Assembly (NCBI GenBank): GCA_051382295.1
Contig: JBBCAW010000053.1
Coordinates: forward strand, 1-64,000
Direction: 5' to 3'
From: Bdellovibrionota bacterium FG-1
Lineage (GTDB): Bacteria > Bdellovibrionota > UBA1018
DNA length: 64,000 bases
In this document: in pieces, positions 28,667-39,061 of the stretch
Numbering within the stretch: position 1 is the stretch's first letter
Layout: every line of letters starts with the position of its first letter
Translations under genes and position numbers: made by a program
Notes under the pieces: generated by a model
Database searches by the model: none
What the model was told of the DNA's origin: nothing
Seen by the model: the letters and a program-made list of their open reading frames with translations, nothing else

Positions 28667-29955
28667 TGCCGGAAAGTAGCCTCACACTCACCCATCTCTT
28701 AACTCTCGTTCCGCCCTTGCTTCTCATCGAGGGATTTTACTCTGGCTCTGAAATTGCTCTCCTATCAGCGGACAAACTCGCCCTCAAGAGACAAGCACGG
28801 CAAGGGTCGCATCGAGCAGGGCTAGCCATCGAACTAGCCGCCCATCCTGAACGCATTTTCTCTGCCACACTCCTTCTCACCAGTCTTTGCGTCATCGTAA
28901 TTTCAGCTCTTACAGCGTTGTTTTTTTTGGAACGCCATCAGGAACATTCAGATCTTTTGGCAATATTAGTCACTTCACCCCTCGTGGTGATTTTGGGTGA
29001 ACTCATTCCAAAAACCCTTTACCAACGCAACGCCACACTCCTCGCCCCGTGGGTCGCCCTACCCATCCATTGGACTTATTGGATTTTCTATCCCCTCACT
29101 CGCATTCTTTCACTTTACACTTCTAAACTTTCTCGAATGATCGGCCCCATCGAAGAGCTTTTAACCGGAAAACATCACACTACCCGCGAGGATCTTGAAT
29201 CGCTTCTTTCGTACAATCGCCGTGAATCCGATTTGAAGCTGAGCGAAAAGCAAATGATTCGCCGGATTCTAGATTTTCGCGAATCGATGGCCCGAAATGC
29301 GCTCATTCCGCTGGTGCAAGTCGATGCGATCGAGGACACCGCTACCGTGCGTGAAGCCCTCGAACAGTTTGAACGCCACCGTCATTCGCGCATGCCCGTG
29401 TACCATGAGCGAATCGATAATATCGTGGGGGTGCTTGAAACCGCTGATCTTTTTGTAGCCACCGACCTAGACCAGCCTGTGCGTCACTACGTCACCAGCG
29501 CTCATTATGTCGCGGAAACCCAAGCGCTCCCTGACCTCTTACTCGAGATGCACCGCGAAGATGATGAAATGGTCGTGGTCGTTGATGAGCATGGAGGCGC
29601 CGTCGGCGTCATTACTTTTGAAGATATTGCGGAAGAAATCGTGGGCGAAATCAACGACGAGTACGACACCGAATCGCTCCCCTACAAAGAGCTTTCCGCG
29701 CAAAGCTGGTTGGTTCAGGCTCGAATGGAAATTCCGCTCATCAACGAACAGCTCAACTTCGAGCTTCCTCAGGGGGAGTATGAAACTTTGAGTGGATTTT
29801 TGCTGCAACAGTTTGGCAGAATCCCAGAACATCGGGACGAACTCTTCTTCAACACCCCTCGGGGGCAATTTAAATTTACGATCCGCAAAGCCACGGCGCG
29901 TCATATCGAACTGGTATTGATTGAAAAAATCGCTGAAAGTACGTCAGAAGGTTGA
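28666..29955 (+). CDS. CNNM/DUF21-CBS-CorC protein
   Basis: SGSEIALLS, GELIPK, HSRMPVY, VVDEHGG, EEIVGEINDEYD, YETLSG. Confidence 0.9.
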   Translation: MPESSLTLTHLLTLVPPLLLIEGFYSGSEIALLSADKLALKRQARQGSHRAGLAIELAAHPERIFSATLLLTSLCVIVISALTALFFLERHQEHSDLLAILVTSPLVVILGELIPKTLYQRNATLLAPWVALPIHWTYWIFYPLTRILSLYTSKLSRMIGPIEELLTGKHHTTREDLESLLSYNRRESDLKLSEKQMIRRILDFRESMARNALIPLVQVDAIEDTATVREALEQFERHRHSRMPVYHERIDNIVGVLETADLFVATDLDQPVRHYVTSAHYVAETQALPDLLLEMHREDDEMVVVVDEHGGAVGVITFEDIAEEIVGEINDEYDTESLPYKELSAQSWLVQARMEIPLINEQLNFELPQGEYETLSGFLLQQFGRIPEHRDELFFNTPRGQFKFTIRKATARHIELVLIEKIAESTSEG

Positions 29956-30030
29956 CGTTTTTGACGGTTCTTTGATTTTTTCGCCTTTTTTTTGGGAAGT
30001 CGTTACACTCTACCCAGGGAGAATGGCTCT

Positions 30031-30441
30031 GTGGCAAAAAGTGTATTAATTGTTGATGATGTTCCCTTTGTCCGTCAGACCCTCAGGGAGATCCTCACGG
30101 CTGCTCACTATCAAGTCGTGGGTGAGGCCGCCAATGGCCTCGAGGCCATTGAGATGTATGCAACGCTCAGACCTGATCTCGTCACCATGGACATCGTCAT
30201 GCCCAAGATGACGGGAATGGATGCCACTCGCAGAATCTGCGCTATGGACCCCAACGCGAGGATCGTGATTATTTCGGCTATGGGGCAAGAAAATCTCGTC
30301 ATGGAAGCGATTGCCGCCGGCGCCAAGGACTATGTCCTCAAACCTTTTAGCGCCCTCGAAGTAGTCAAGACTTTGGAGCGCGCACTTCAAACCAACGCTG
30401 ACAACCCACACCTTTTCAGAGAAGGGCCTCAAACAGGTTAG
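30031..30441 (+). CDS. CheY-like single-domain response regulator
   Basis: LIVDD, DLVTMDIVMP, GAKDYVLKPF. Confidence 0.9.
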   Translation: MAKSVLIVDDVPFVRQTLREILTAAHYQVVGEAANGLEAIEMYATLRPDLVTMDIVMPKMTGMDATRRICAMDPNARIVIISAMGQENLVMEAIAAGAKDYVLKPFSALEVVKTLERALQTNADNPHLFREGPQTG

Positions 30442-30444
30442 TGC

Positions 30445-30891
30445 ATGCCATCCAATCACCTATTCGGACACTTGATTGAGTCCCTTCCGAAGCAGTTCTC
30501 CTTCTATCATTTGGGCGAAGTCCGCCTGACACCGAGCGTGAGTGTCCCTTCGGATGAGACCACCCTTCCAAAAAATCCGGTCGCGGTGGCCTTTTCGGTC
30601 GAAGGCGATGTGCGCGGGTCGATGCTTTTATTGTTCGAGGAAGGATTGGACGTGTCTGTTTATTCTGAAATGGGCAACGTCATCGCCAGCCAAATGGTCA
30701 CTTCGCTTGCCGAAAAAGAAGGAGTGGACCTGTATATTTCGCCCCCAAAAATCCTCTCTTCCGTGCAACTATCGACGATCTTAAAAAATCAGCACGGCGT
30801 TGCCCGCACATACTTACATCAACCCCCCAACGCCCCCAGCATTTTACTTCAGGCCCTCGTCATTCCAACGGAGACACATGGTTATGCTTAG
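30445..30891 (+). CDS. CheC/CheX-like protein
   Basis: V.G...G..LL.F, SEMGNVIAS, ISPP motifs; follows CheY-like gene. Confidence 0.7.
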   Translation: MPSNHLFGHLIESLPKQFSFYHLGEVRLTPSVSVPSDETTLPKNPVAVAFSVEGDVRGSMLLLFEEGLDVSVYSEMGNVIASQMVTSLAEKEGVDLYISPPKILSSVQLSTILKNQHGVARTYLHQPPNAPSILLQALVIPTETHGYA

Positions 30892-31240
30892 AACCGTAGG
30901 GTTTGTCATTAAGGCCGTTCTCTTTTCCGTCTTTGTGATTTGGATCAGCAATTGGGTCCGGTGGGACGGAAAAACCGTCTCCGAACATGTGATGAATACG
31001 GCAAACCATATCGAAAAATCCAACATCACTCAGCAAGCACGCACCTGGGCACGCAAGATTACCGTTGACGCTCGCGAAGGCGTGGCGAAAAAATCCCACC
31101 GCCACAATGAGGTCAATTCCGATCGCACCGAAACCGAGGCAGCGGCCCCGTCTCGATCTGAAGACCAGATCCCCTCATCTGAGCGGCAAAAACTTCGCGA
31201 GCTGATTCGTGAACTCAATCACTCACGAACCCAGGATTAA
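30884..31240 (+). CDS. Hypothetical membrane-anchored protein
   Basis: N-terminal TM segment, C-terminal ERQKLRELI. Confidence 0.55.
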   Translation: MLRTVGFVIKAVLFSVFVIWISNWVRWDGKTVSEHVMNTANHIEKSNITQQARTWARKITVDAREGVAKKSHRHNEVNSDRTETEAAAPSRSEDQIPSSERQKLRELIRELNHSRTQD

Positions 31241-31243
31241 GGC

Positions 31244-31507
31244 TTATTGAATCGCCGCAGAGCCCGCTGTGCCCTGAGTTGCAGCCGCGCCTTCAGCTTG
31301 GAACTCCTGTATTTGCTTTTCGACTACCGCAAATTTACATTGAATTGCCAAAGCGTTCACTTCGTCATCAGCCCCCTCACCTAAATGAGCCATCGGCAGA
31401 CGGTTTGGGCTGACGTTTTTGAATGGCCTTTCCGTAGATGCAAACACGGAAGGTACCATCAAAACGCTCACTACTAAAATGATCCACAGTCGTTTGATTT
31501 TTTTCAT
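31244..31507 (-). CDS. Small secreted hypothetical protein
   Basis: Signal peptide ending VFA; AGGAG RBS; sigma54 site upstream. Confidence 0.6.
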   Translation of the reverse strand: MKKIKRLWIILVVSVLMVPSVFASTERPFKNVSPNRLPMAHLGEGADDEVNALAIQCKFAVVEKQIQEFQAEGAAATQGTAGSAAIQ

Positions 31508-31611
31508 AACTACTCCTACTCAACAACAACATTCACAATTGCCACAGTAACAACAGACTGACTCCTCAGTTCCACTGATCAAATCAGTCATCTCTCACAG
31601 AAGGGAGTTAG

Positions 31612-31627
31612 TGCAACCCGGGTGCCA
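31612..31627 (-). promoter_or_regulatory. Sigma54 -24/-12 promoter
   Basis: Minus strand TGGCAC-CCGGG-TTGCA matches the consensus TGGCAC-N5-TTGCW. Confidence 0.75.
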
Positions 31628-31919
31628 GAATGTGTCACCGCAGCACTACCCCAGTAACACTTCGTTTATATTGAAATTTCCAGTTCCACCCGCCATCCCC
31701 TTTTTCTAAGACACTGTGGCAATCCAAACACAGGGGTGACGGGTGTTTAATTCTTAGGCAGGGAAAAGGCTCTCTCGGACTGAACTCAATCTCATACACA
31801 TCCATCATCTACTCTGCCACTCTGTACTCATTTTCATACAGCCCAAACTCCCCAACTAGCCCCTGATGCCCCTCCCAGGCCTTTACGCATGGCATCTCAA
31901 TTGCTCAGCTACCTGCACA

Positions 31920-32570
31920 ATGAAAGAAAATTCACGCCAAGCTCAGGGATTGATCCTATTTCTCGCCATTGCACTCTCAGCCACTTCATGTGGAGAAGCC
32001 GTTCCAACCCCGGAGCCGATGGCAATGACTCCGACGTCAGAGGCCGCCCTGCCTGCCTCCCTACCTCAAACGCCGATCGTGTCTATCCAAAACCCCAGTC
32101 CTCATCCAATACCTTCATCACCGCACCCGACACTGCCCCCCACCACACCCTTACTCACGGGTTCGGCTGCGCTAGATGCTGAAGAACTCGTATTTTTCAG
32201 TTTGATCAACGATTATCGAGTTCAAAACGGCGCAGCCAAACTCTTGGTTTCGGTCACACTCACCGTATCCAGCGATTGGATGAGCCAAGATATGGCCGTG
32301 AAGAATTACTTCAGTCACACCGACAGTCTTGGGCGCGATCCGTTCACAAGAATGGCAGATTTTGACTATGTCAACGCGAATTCGAGCGGAGAAAATATCG
32401 CGGCGGGTAACGCCACAGGACAGGCCACTTTCACACAATGGAAGAACTCTCCCGCTCACAACGCCAATATGCTGAATTCATCCTACCGCGTGATTGGAAT
32501 AGGACGAGCTTCAAACTCTGGTTCAACCTACTCATGGTATTGGACAACTGACTTTGGATCTGCGGAATAA
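31920..32570 (+). CDS. CAP/SCP domain lipoprotein
   Basis: ATSC lipobox-like motif, Pro-rich linker, INDYR, FSHT, GENIAAG, W.NSPAHNANML, WTTDFG. Confidence 0.88.
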   Translation: MKENSRQAQGLILFLAIALSATSCGEAVPTPEPMAMTPTSEAALPASLPQTPIVSIQNPSPHPIPSSPHPTLPPTTPLLTGSAALDAEELVFFSLINDYRVQNGAAKLLVSVTLTVSSDWMSQDMAVKNYFSHTDSLGRDPFTRMADFDYVNANSSGENIAAGNATGQATFTQWKNSPAHNANMLNSSYRVIGIGRASNSGSTYSWYWTTDFGSAE

Positions 32571-32604
32571 AAAAACCCGCATTCCTCATGAAAGAAATGC
32601 GGGC
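32568..32604. terminator. Intrinsic terminator between convergent CAP and HU genes
   Basis: A-run followed by CCCGCATT...AATGCGGG hairpin (U-tail on the minus strand). Confidence 0.7.
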
Positions 32605-32638
32605 CCTGATTACCCAATAAGATGGGAATCTTTAAACT

Positions 32639-32911
32639 TTAGCGAACAATGTCTTTAAATTCACGACCAGCGCGGAACTTGGGAACCGTCATCGCTGGAA
32701 TTTTGATTTCTTTTCCAGTCTGTGGGTTACGACCAAGACGAGCCTTACGCTTGGACTTGGTGAAAGTACCGAAACCGATCAGGGTCACATCATCACCCTT
32801 CTTGACAGACTTCTTGATGGTATCAAGAGCAGTGTTGAGCACGTTTTCGGCATCTACCTTGGTCACTTTTGCTGCCTTCGCTACTGCTTCGATTAACTGA
32901 GCTTTATTCAT
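32639..32911 (-). CDS. hup: HU DNA-binding protein
   Basis: MNKAQLI, GFGTF, GRNPQTG, PKFRAG. Confidence 0.96.
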   Translation of the reverse strand: MNKAQLIEAVAKAAKVTKVDAENVLNTALDTIKKSVKKGDDVTLIGFGTFTKSKRKARLGRNPQTGKEIKIPAMTVPKFRAGREFKDIVR

Positions 32912-33040
32912 CTTCTTCTCCTTTTAGAATTTTTTCCTATCCCTTCAGAGGCAAGGGAACCGTCTTAACTTGTTGTTTTGAAGATAAGCGCGATGATGAC
33001 GAAATCCTCTCACGCTGTCAATGCACTTCGCACATAACTT

Positions 33041-33598
33041 TTAAGATTCTCGCACAACCTTAAGCGATACGATTCCGACTTCTTGCTGCGGACGATCTTG
33101 AGACCCAGTTGGAGTGTTGCCTAATGCGGCAAGAACATCTTCGCCTTTTACAATCCGCCCAAAAACCGAATGGTGACCATCCAGCCAAGGCGTCGCAACT
33201 AAAGTAATGAAGAACTGACTCCCATTGGTATTGGGCCCTGCATTAGCCATCGAAAGAATCCCTGGCCCCGAGTGCTTGAGTGACGCATGAAATTCGTCTT
33301 TAAAGCGATACCCCGGCCCGCCCGTTCCAAGACCCATCCGATCACCGGCCTGAATCATAAAATTTTTGATGATTCGATGAAAAATGGTCCCATCATAAAA
33401 GGGTTCACTCGACTTTTGACCGGTGCGTGGATCCACATATTCTTTTTCACCGGTAGCAAGACCCACAAAGTTTTTTACAGTTTCTGGAGTTTTTTCTTCC
33501 TCCAAAACGCAAATCATCTGACCTTGAGTGGTTTCAAACACTGCATAAAGGCCTTTTCCTAGTCCCAAATTTTCTTCAACAATCGGTCTGATCGGCAT
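33041..33598 (-). CDS. Cyclophilin-type peptidyl-prolyl isomerase
   Basis: FHRIIKNFMIQ, LSMANAGPNTNGSQFFIT, WLDG. Confidence 0.95.
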   Translation of the reverse strand: MPIRPIVEENLGLGKGLYAVFETTQGQMICVLEEEKTPETVKNFVGLATGEKEYVDPRTGQKSSEPFYDGTIFHRIIKNFMIQAGDRMGLGTGGPGYRFKDEFHASLKHSGPGILSMANAGPNTNGSQFFITLVATPWLDGHHSVFGRIVKGEDVLAALGNTPTGSQDRPQQEVGIVSLKVVRES

Positions 33599-33623
33599 CT
33601 CAATGACTTCCCTATTGCATTCT

Positions 33624-34445
33624 TTAAAAGTGAAAACCCAGTCCAGCTAAAACTGAAACATGAGTGGGCGCCCCCGAGTTAATCCCAGTTAAGACCCCAG
33701 CCTCCACATATCCACTCAAGTGCGCACCAGAATCCAGAGAAAAAGGATAATCCACCCCAAAATTTCCACCCACGACCAAGGACGAAGAGTTCAGCCCCTG
33801 ACCAAAACGAACCCGAACTTCCGGTTCTACCCTGCTCCCTGAGTAGATTCGATAAATAAAAGACCCCATGAGAGAGGTATCTGTCCAAAGTGACTCCACG
33901 GCTACGCCGAGGGAAAGCATGCGATGACGGTAACCATGCGAAAAAGGAAGTAACGAGACAGAAAACTCTCCGTCAAACCCTGCCTCAAATCCGTCCGAAG
34001 TAAACTCATATCCGCCCACCCCCATGGCACGAATCAAAAAAATAGAAGGCAGACGTCCCTCATTCACTGGCTCCGACTGTTTAACGCTCAACGGCTGGTG
34101 GCCGGTGCCTTTCAACGCTTCATCAAGCTTTTCGGGAGCCACATCCTTAGCTTGCACGTAACCCAAGACGCCGCTCTCCATACGCATTTTGTACCAATAT
34201 TCGCCGTGAGCATCCTTGAGTAATCCCGAGCTAATCTTAAGAGCTGTGTCTCGAGCCAGAACACCCAAAACGGGAGAATTTAAACCCGCCATTTGATGGA
34301 CTTCGGAGGCATCCACCATCACTTTGGCATTTTGAACCGCATAAGCCGGGGATGTGATCAGCCCCGCTCCCAGTATTGCAAATAGGATCACCGAAAATAC
34401 CGCCTTCAAAAAAATGCGAAACAAAATCATGAGTTCTCTCCCCAT
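33624..34445 (-). CDS. Hypothetical exported protein (SH3-like N-domain plus beta-barrel-like C-terminus)
   Basis: Signal peptide, WYK....GYV motif, C-terminal GLGFHF. Confidence 0.6.
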   Translation of the reverse strand: MGRELMILFRIFLKAVFSVILFAILGAGLITSPAYAVQNAKVMVDASEVHQMAGLNSPVLGVLARDTALKISSGLLKDAHGEYWYKMRMESGVLGYVQAKDVAPEKLDEALKGTGHQPLSVKQSEPVNEGRLPSIFLIRAMGVGGYEFTSDGFEAGFDGEFSVSLLPFSHGYRHRMLSLGVAVESLWTDTSLMGSFIYRIYSGSRVEPEVRVRFGQGLNSSSLVVGGNFGVDYPFSLDSGAHLSGYVEAGVLTGINSGAPTHVSVLAGLGFHF

Positions 34446-34924
34446 TTTTCAAGGCGTTTGAGCAAGCGACTCAGACCTTCCAAGTTGGATGCATGCCGAA
34501 TCAAGCGCCGACCTTCTTCGTGGGCCTGGTCAGCTCGCACCCAGCAAAAATCAGTGTGCTCATGAGAATCCAGACGAACGAGAGGACTTTGACTTGCAGG
34601 TACAGCCTGGAAAGCAAAAACGTGCTCTTCAAAAATTTGCCCCCGCGCCTGGAATTCAAAATGATAATCTAGACTAATCGGGCTTCCAAGAAAAGGAAGA
34701 CTCGTTTCTTCATTGGCCTCTCGAAGTGCGGCATCATGAACGGCTTCATTAAATTCGACGCCACCCGTCACTGGTTGCCAAAAACCGCCGCGTTCGGGGG
34801 TGAGTAAAAGAAACAAAATCTCAAACTGAGGTGGAGATGAGGGTGCGGAGGGAACAACCCGGTAAATCCACACCTGAACTTTGAGTTTTTTCATATAATG
34901 AGAGGTCCTTGATTTCAAAATCAT
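34427..34924 (-). CDS. NUDIX hydrolase (NudB-like)
   Basis: FWQPVTGGVE..E....AALREANEET, EHTDFCW. Confidence 0.88.
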   Translation of the reverse strand: MILKSRTSHYMKKLKVQVWIYRVVPSAPSSPPQFEILFLLLTPERGGFWQPVTGGVEFNEAVHDAALREANEETSLPFLGSPISLDYHFEFQARGQIFEEHVFAFQAVPASQSPLVRLDSHEHTDFCWVRADQAHEEGRRLIRHASNLEGLSRLLKRLEKWGENS

Positions 34925-35058
34925 ACTTGGAAAGGAAATGCTTGGTAAGTCTTTGGTTTTACGATAGTAAATCTTTGACTCGTGAACGCCGTTTTCGAGT
35001 AGACTCAGATGGATTGCAATGTTACAAACTATTGAAATCCATCAGTAATTTATAGTAT

Positions 35059-35134
35059 GCCGATGTAGCTCAGTTGGTAGAGCAACGCTTTCGTAAAGCG
35101 TAGGTCAGCGGTTCGAGTCCGCTCATCGGCTCCA
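35059..35134 (+). tRNA. tRNA-Thr(CGT)
   Basis: GCCGATG acceptor stem, D-arm AGCTCAGTTGGTAGAGC, anticodon arm ACGCT-TTCGTAA-AGCGT, GGTTCGAGTCC T-arm, CCA end. Confidence 0.97.
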
Positions 35135-35135
35135 T

Positions 35136-35155
35136 AAAGGTACTCCGTACCTTTT
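35136..35155 (+). terminator. Probable terminator after the tRNA
   Basis: AAAGGTAC-TCC-GTACCTTT hairpin with T-run. Confidence 0.5.
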
Positions 35156-35256
35156 GGTAGAGGACTGCGTCATACGAGGTGTCATGCCCGACTCGATTCT
35201 TGACCAGATGTCCGAAGAAACCGGTGAACACTCTGGGCAGGATACAATTGAAAATC

Positions 35257-36177
35257 GTCGGCAAAGAACTAGTCGCCCAAATGCTCAGCAAGAATGAAAG
35301 CTCCTCTCGGGTCCTCATCCCCGTAAACTGCGGTGCCATTTCCGAAAACCTCATTGAGAGCGAATTATTTGGCCATTGCCGAGGCGCCTTTACCGGAGCC
35401 GTAAAGGACCGAATCGGAAAATTCGAACTCGCACACCATGGCGATCTTTTTCTCGACGAAATTGGGGACCTCCCCCTAGCCGCCCAGGTCAAACTTCTGC
35501 GCGTACTCCAAGAGGGCGAAATCACCCGCGTCGGCGAAACCAGCTCCCGTCGGGTTTCAGTTCGAATCATCGCCGCCACCAACAGAAATCTCCTAGCCAT
35601 GGTCGAAAACGGAACCTTTCGAACCGATCTGTACTACCGCCTCAACGTCATCCCCATTCAAACCACCCCGTTGCGCGAAAGGCCGAGCGACATCCCAGAT
35701 ATCGCGCGTTTTCTCCTGACCATTTTAGCCAAAGGAAAAATCCGCCTAGACGACCGCGCCCTTGATCTACTCGTCAGGCAATCCTGGCCGGGAAATATCC
35801 GAGAACTGCGAAACACAATTGAACGCGCCATCATCGAGGCCCAAATTCGCCACTCCGACACGATCGAAACTCGCGATTTAGACTTCCTCTCCGAAGAACG
35901 ACAAAAAAGCCACCCCGGACAAATCAGCCTCCCCTCCCTACTCACCGAGATCTCCATGGAATCATGGGACGGTTACGTCCGTCAGGCTGAGCGCGAATAC
36001 CTCCTCAAAGCCATGGCATTATTTGAGGACAACGTCGAAGCTCTCGCACGCCACATGAGCTACGGGCGCAGCACCCTGTTCAAACGACTTTCGGCTTTGG
36101 GACTAAGCCGACGCAAGCCTGGCCTCACCACCTTTGTCGAAAAGGAGGCGGTCGATGACCAAGCAACTCATTATTAA
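35257..36177 (+). pseudogene. Sigma54-dependent activator (AAA+ and HTH), 5'-truncated
   Basis: [44 protein letters not shown]; Walker A is cut (only VGKELVA remains) and there is no input domain. Confidence 0.8.
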
Positions 36178-36195
36178 CGCCGTAGGGAGACCGGG

Positions 36196-37590
36196 ATGAG
36201 TTTTCGAGCGGCACTCCTTTTTTCGCTCCTTTTGGTGCAGGCGCTGGCCATAACCAACGAAGCCCAATCTGCACCCCCCTCAGTATGGAAAACCGATTGG
36301 CGGTATTCCGCAACAAATGGGGAGACTTCAACAACCGCCCGAAATTGGAAACCGACCTCCGTTCCTTGCGTCCTAGCTGACCCAAAAATTACCAGTTCCC
36401 TTTGGTTTGCGGCGCCCTTACCAGCAACCGTGATTCCTAACCCCATCCTCTACATTCGAGCCATGGCAAACCCATTTCGGGTCTACCTAGGGGATCGCGT
36501 GCTCTATGAATTTGGGTATGATGGCGGAATGCCTACCAGCCGATTTATGGGCTTTCCTTGGCATATGATCTCTCTTCCTGAAGATTCAGCCGGAAAAGAG
36601 CTTCGATTCGTCACAAATGTAACCCAGGCAAAATCCGGCTTTTGCTCGGAGATGTCCATCGGCCCCGCCGTGGGATTCACCGCAAGGCTCGCCATTGATG
36701 GAATCGATCGATCCTTGGCTGCGCTCTTTGCCCTTTTGTGCGGGATCGCAGGAGTCATCGTCTTCGCTGCTACAAACCCCTCGCAGTCGTCGAAGACGAT
36801 CTTTCACTCTGTGCCCGCCAATATGGCGTTGAGTGGGATATGGTCATTCCAAAGTGGGCCTATCGAACCTTTATACCGACCAAAGCCATCGACCTGCACC
36901 GTATTCTCAGTAATTTAGGCGAAAATGCGATTCACGCGGCCGGGCACCGGGGGCGGCGGATCGTCATCTCTTTTGAACGGGTCAGTGGACGTGTCCAAGT
37001 CGTGATCCGTGATTTCGGAAACGGCTTTTCAGATCAAGCCCTCGCCGCCTTTCAAAAGGGCGAAGTCTTTACGACCAAGACCGAAGGAACTGGACGCGGA
37101 CTTCTTTCGGCGCGGGATCTTGTGAGCGCGGCGAAGGGCACTCTCCAAATTCTATCCGACCAAACTGGAGCCGTTGCAACCGTCGAACTCCCCGTTTGCG
37201 AAGCTCCCGAATGGTACTTTGACGTTAGCGCGAACCAACTCGACGCCGTATTCGTTCTCGATGATGACGAGGAGATCGCCTCGAAGCTTGCGCGGGCATT
37301 GCCTCAGACCAAAATCACCAGTTTTTCGGAAGAGACTGAATTCTTGCAGGCGGCTCGTGCCAATCCCGGCATTTTCCTTTTTGTGGATTACGGCTATGCC
37401 GGCCGCCGAACCGGCCTCGATTTAATTCGGGCCGAAGGGCTGGCCGATCGAGCCGTCCTGTTTACCGGCCGCGCCCACTTCGATGGCGATATTCAAGCCC
37501 GTGCGATGGCGGCAGGGATTCGGATTTTGCCAAAGGAGTGTGTGATTTTGCGGGGGAATGGGCGAGACAGTACTCCTGATAAAAGGTCTC
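36196..37590 (+). pseudogene. Hybrid sensor kinase with internal deletion (periplasmic sensor fused out of frame to HATPase and receiver)
   Basis: ORF 36196-36918: signal peptide, periplasmic domain, first TM. ORF 36738-37697: LSNL..NA, D.GNG, TTK..GTGRGL, VLDDD. No HisKA region. Confidence 0.7.
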
Positions 37591-38094
37591 TTACCGGACC
37601 TTTAGCCGTCGAACAGTTTCATCATGAGGCACAAACGTCGCCCGCGACCGTAAGCGCTCAATCGTTGTTTCAGTCCCAGCAAGAAAGTCACCAATAATCT
37701 GCTTCAAGGTATCGTCAAACAGCGGATCCACAGGATTTTCCCCTGTCTTGTAACGAGTAAGCGTGCTCCGCTCCTTTCCGACCGCCTTGGCTAATTCATT
37801 TTGCGAGTAAGGAAGCACGGAAAAGCTAAACTGAAGTTCAACAGCAGAAATGACGCCCACCTTCTTGGAAATCGATTCCAAAACAAGGCGGTTCCAGCGG
37901 TCAATCAAATCGCCGGGGACAAATACCTCGCGGCAGCTTCTGCATTCCTCCAGGCGACTGTCTCCCTCGATCACAACAATACCCATCGGAGTCCGATACT
38001 CATAATCCTTAACGACCTGAATCCCAAGGGTCATTTCGCCGCAGGTCGGGCAGCGCTTCAACTTCGTTAGAGTGGCATGCTCTTTCATTGTCAT
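37591..38094 (-). CDS. MqsA/YgiT-type Zn-finger + HTH antitoxin
   Basis: CPTCG...C..C, SQNELAKAVGKERSTLTRYKTG. Confidence 0.75.
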   Translation of the reverse strand: MTMKEHATLTKLKRCPTCGEMTLGIQVVKDYEYRTPMGIVVIEGDSRLEECRSCREVFVPGDLIDRWNRLVLESISKKVGVISAVELQFSFSVLPYSQNELAKAVGKERSTLTRYKTGENPVDPLFDDTLKQIIGDFLAGTETTIERLRSRATFVPHDETVRRLKVR

Positions 38095-38099
38095 TTCTC

Positions 38100-38474
38100 C
38101 TATTTGTCCTTTTCAGCGGCTAGGCCAACCTGATCTTCAGCGTGATAACGTTCAGCCTGCTTTTCTGTCGCCTCTGCTGCTGAGACCACTACTGTTTGGT
38201 CCTCGATGATTACAATCAGGCGCAGTACACGGTCTTTTTGATCCTCACCAAACCATCGATAGCGATCATTCCCAGAATACTTGTACTGACCGCCAATTTC
38301 TCGTAGCTCGAGGGCTACCGCGCTTCCAATTTTCAGGCATTCCAAAATATCAACTGCGGTAATCAGCCGCTCCGGATGGTCATTCATGACATGTTGGCTG
38401 ATCAAGTACTGCTGCGCTCTCACCAACCGCTTTGCCTTAGCTGTCAACTCCACAAGTTCGTCTGACGTCACCAT
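38100..38474 (-). CDS. DUF4258-family putative toxin
   Basis: Y.ISQH....ER.IT..DI.E.L..G; C-terminal LRLIV...VVVSA; upstream of Zn-HTH gene. Confidence 0.7.
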   Translation of the reverse strand: MVTSDELVELTAKAKRLVRAQQYLISQHVMNDHPERLITAVDILECLKIGSAVALELREIGGQYKYSGNDRYRWFGEDQKDRVLRLIVIIEDQTVVVSAAEATEKQAERYHAEDQVGLAAEKDK

Positions 38475-38492
38475 TTGATCTTACTCCATGAC

Positions 38493-38507
38493 GTTGATTT
38501 AATCAAC
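38493..38507. promoter_or_regulatory. Palindromic operator candidate upstream of the TA operon
   Basis: GTTGATT-T-AATCAAC perfect inverted repeat 19 bp before the toxin ATG. Confidence 0.55.
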
Positions 38508-38576
38508 ACAACTATATCTACTTGAATTAACAGCTAAATTATACGCAAAATAACACTACTGCAAGTAACAGAACCG

Positions 38577-38876
38577 TCAATTACCCTTTCCTATATTTTT
38601 AAGGGATGACCACCACTTCCCAATTCCAAACGTCCTGGCCGCCTCGCCCCTGAGCGGAAAAGGCATCCCGGCGCAAAGCCCAGAAATCACCTCCTGCTGC
38701 TGCTCCGGTGTCGGAAACGCCCGACTAAATGCCTGTTCCTTGGCCGCCCATTCGCGCGCCTCCTTCGCAGTTTCGTCCTGCTCGCGCTTGAAGACTTCCG
38801 CCCGCCGCCGCTCCTGTTCAACGCGAAATTGATTTTTGCAAAAATATTCATGTTGCCCACCTATCCCGTAGCACAT
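38577..38876 (-). pseudogene. C-terminal fragment of an unknown gene
   Basis: Protein-like coiled C-terminus (EQERRRAE...GKWW) with no convincing start. Confidence 0.35.
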
Positions 38877-39061
38877 TGATCCTGTCGGATCTGGTGGGTT
38901 TGTGCCTTCGAGATAGGTCTAAAGGACCATCGAGAAAATACTACCGGACCAGGTCCAATCTAAAATGGTTCGCTCCGCCAGGGTCGTCGTCCATCGTTTC
39001 TCCTAAAGGTTCACCTCATTTGTGCTGACTACGGCTAAAAACAAAAAAGCCTCGTAGGTTA

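Noticed and set aside
35070..35600. 176-aa minus-strand ORF
   Set aside because: Antisense to the tRNA and the sigma54 activator
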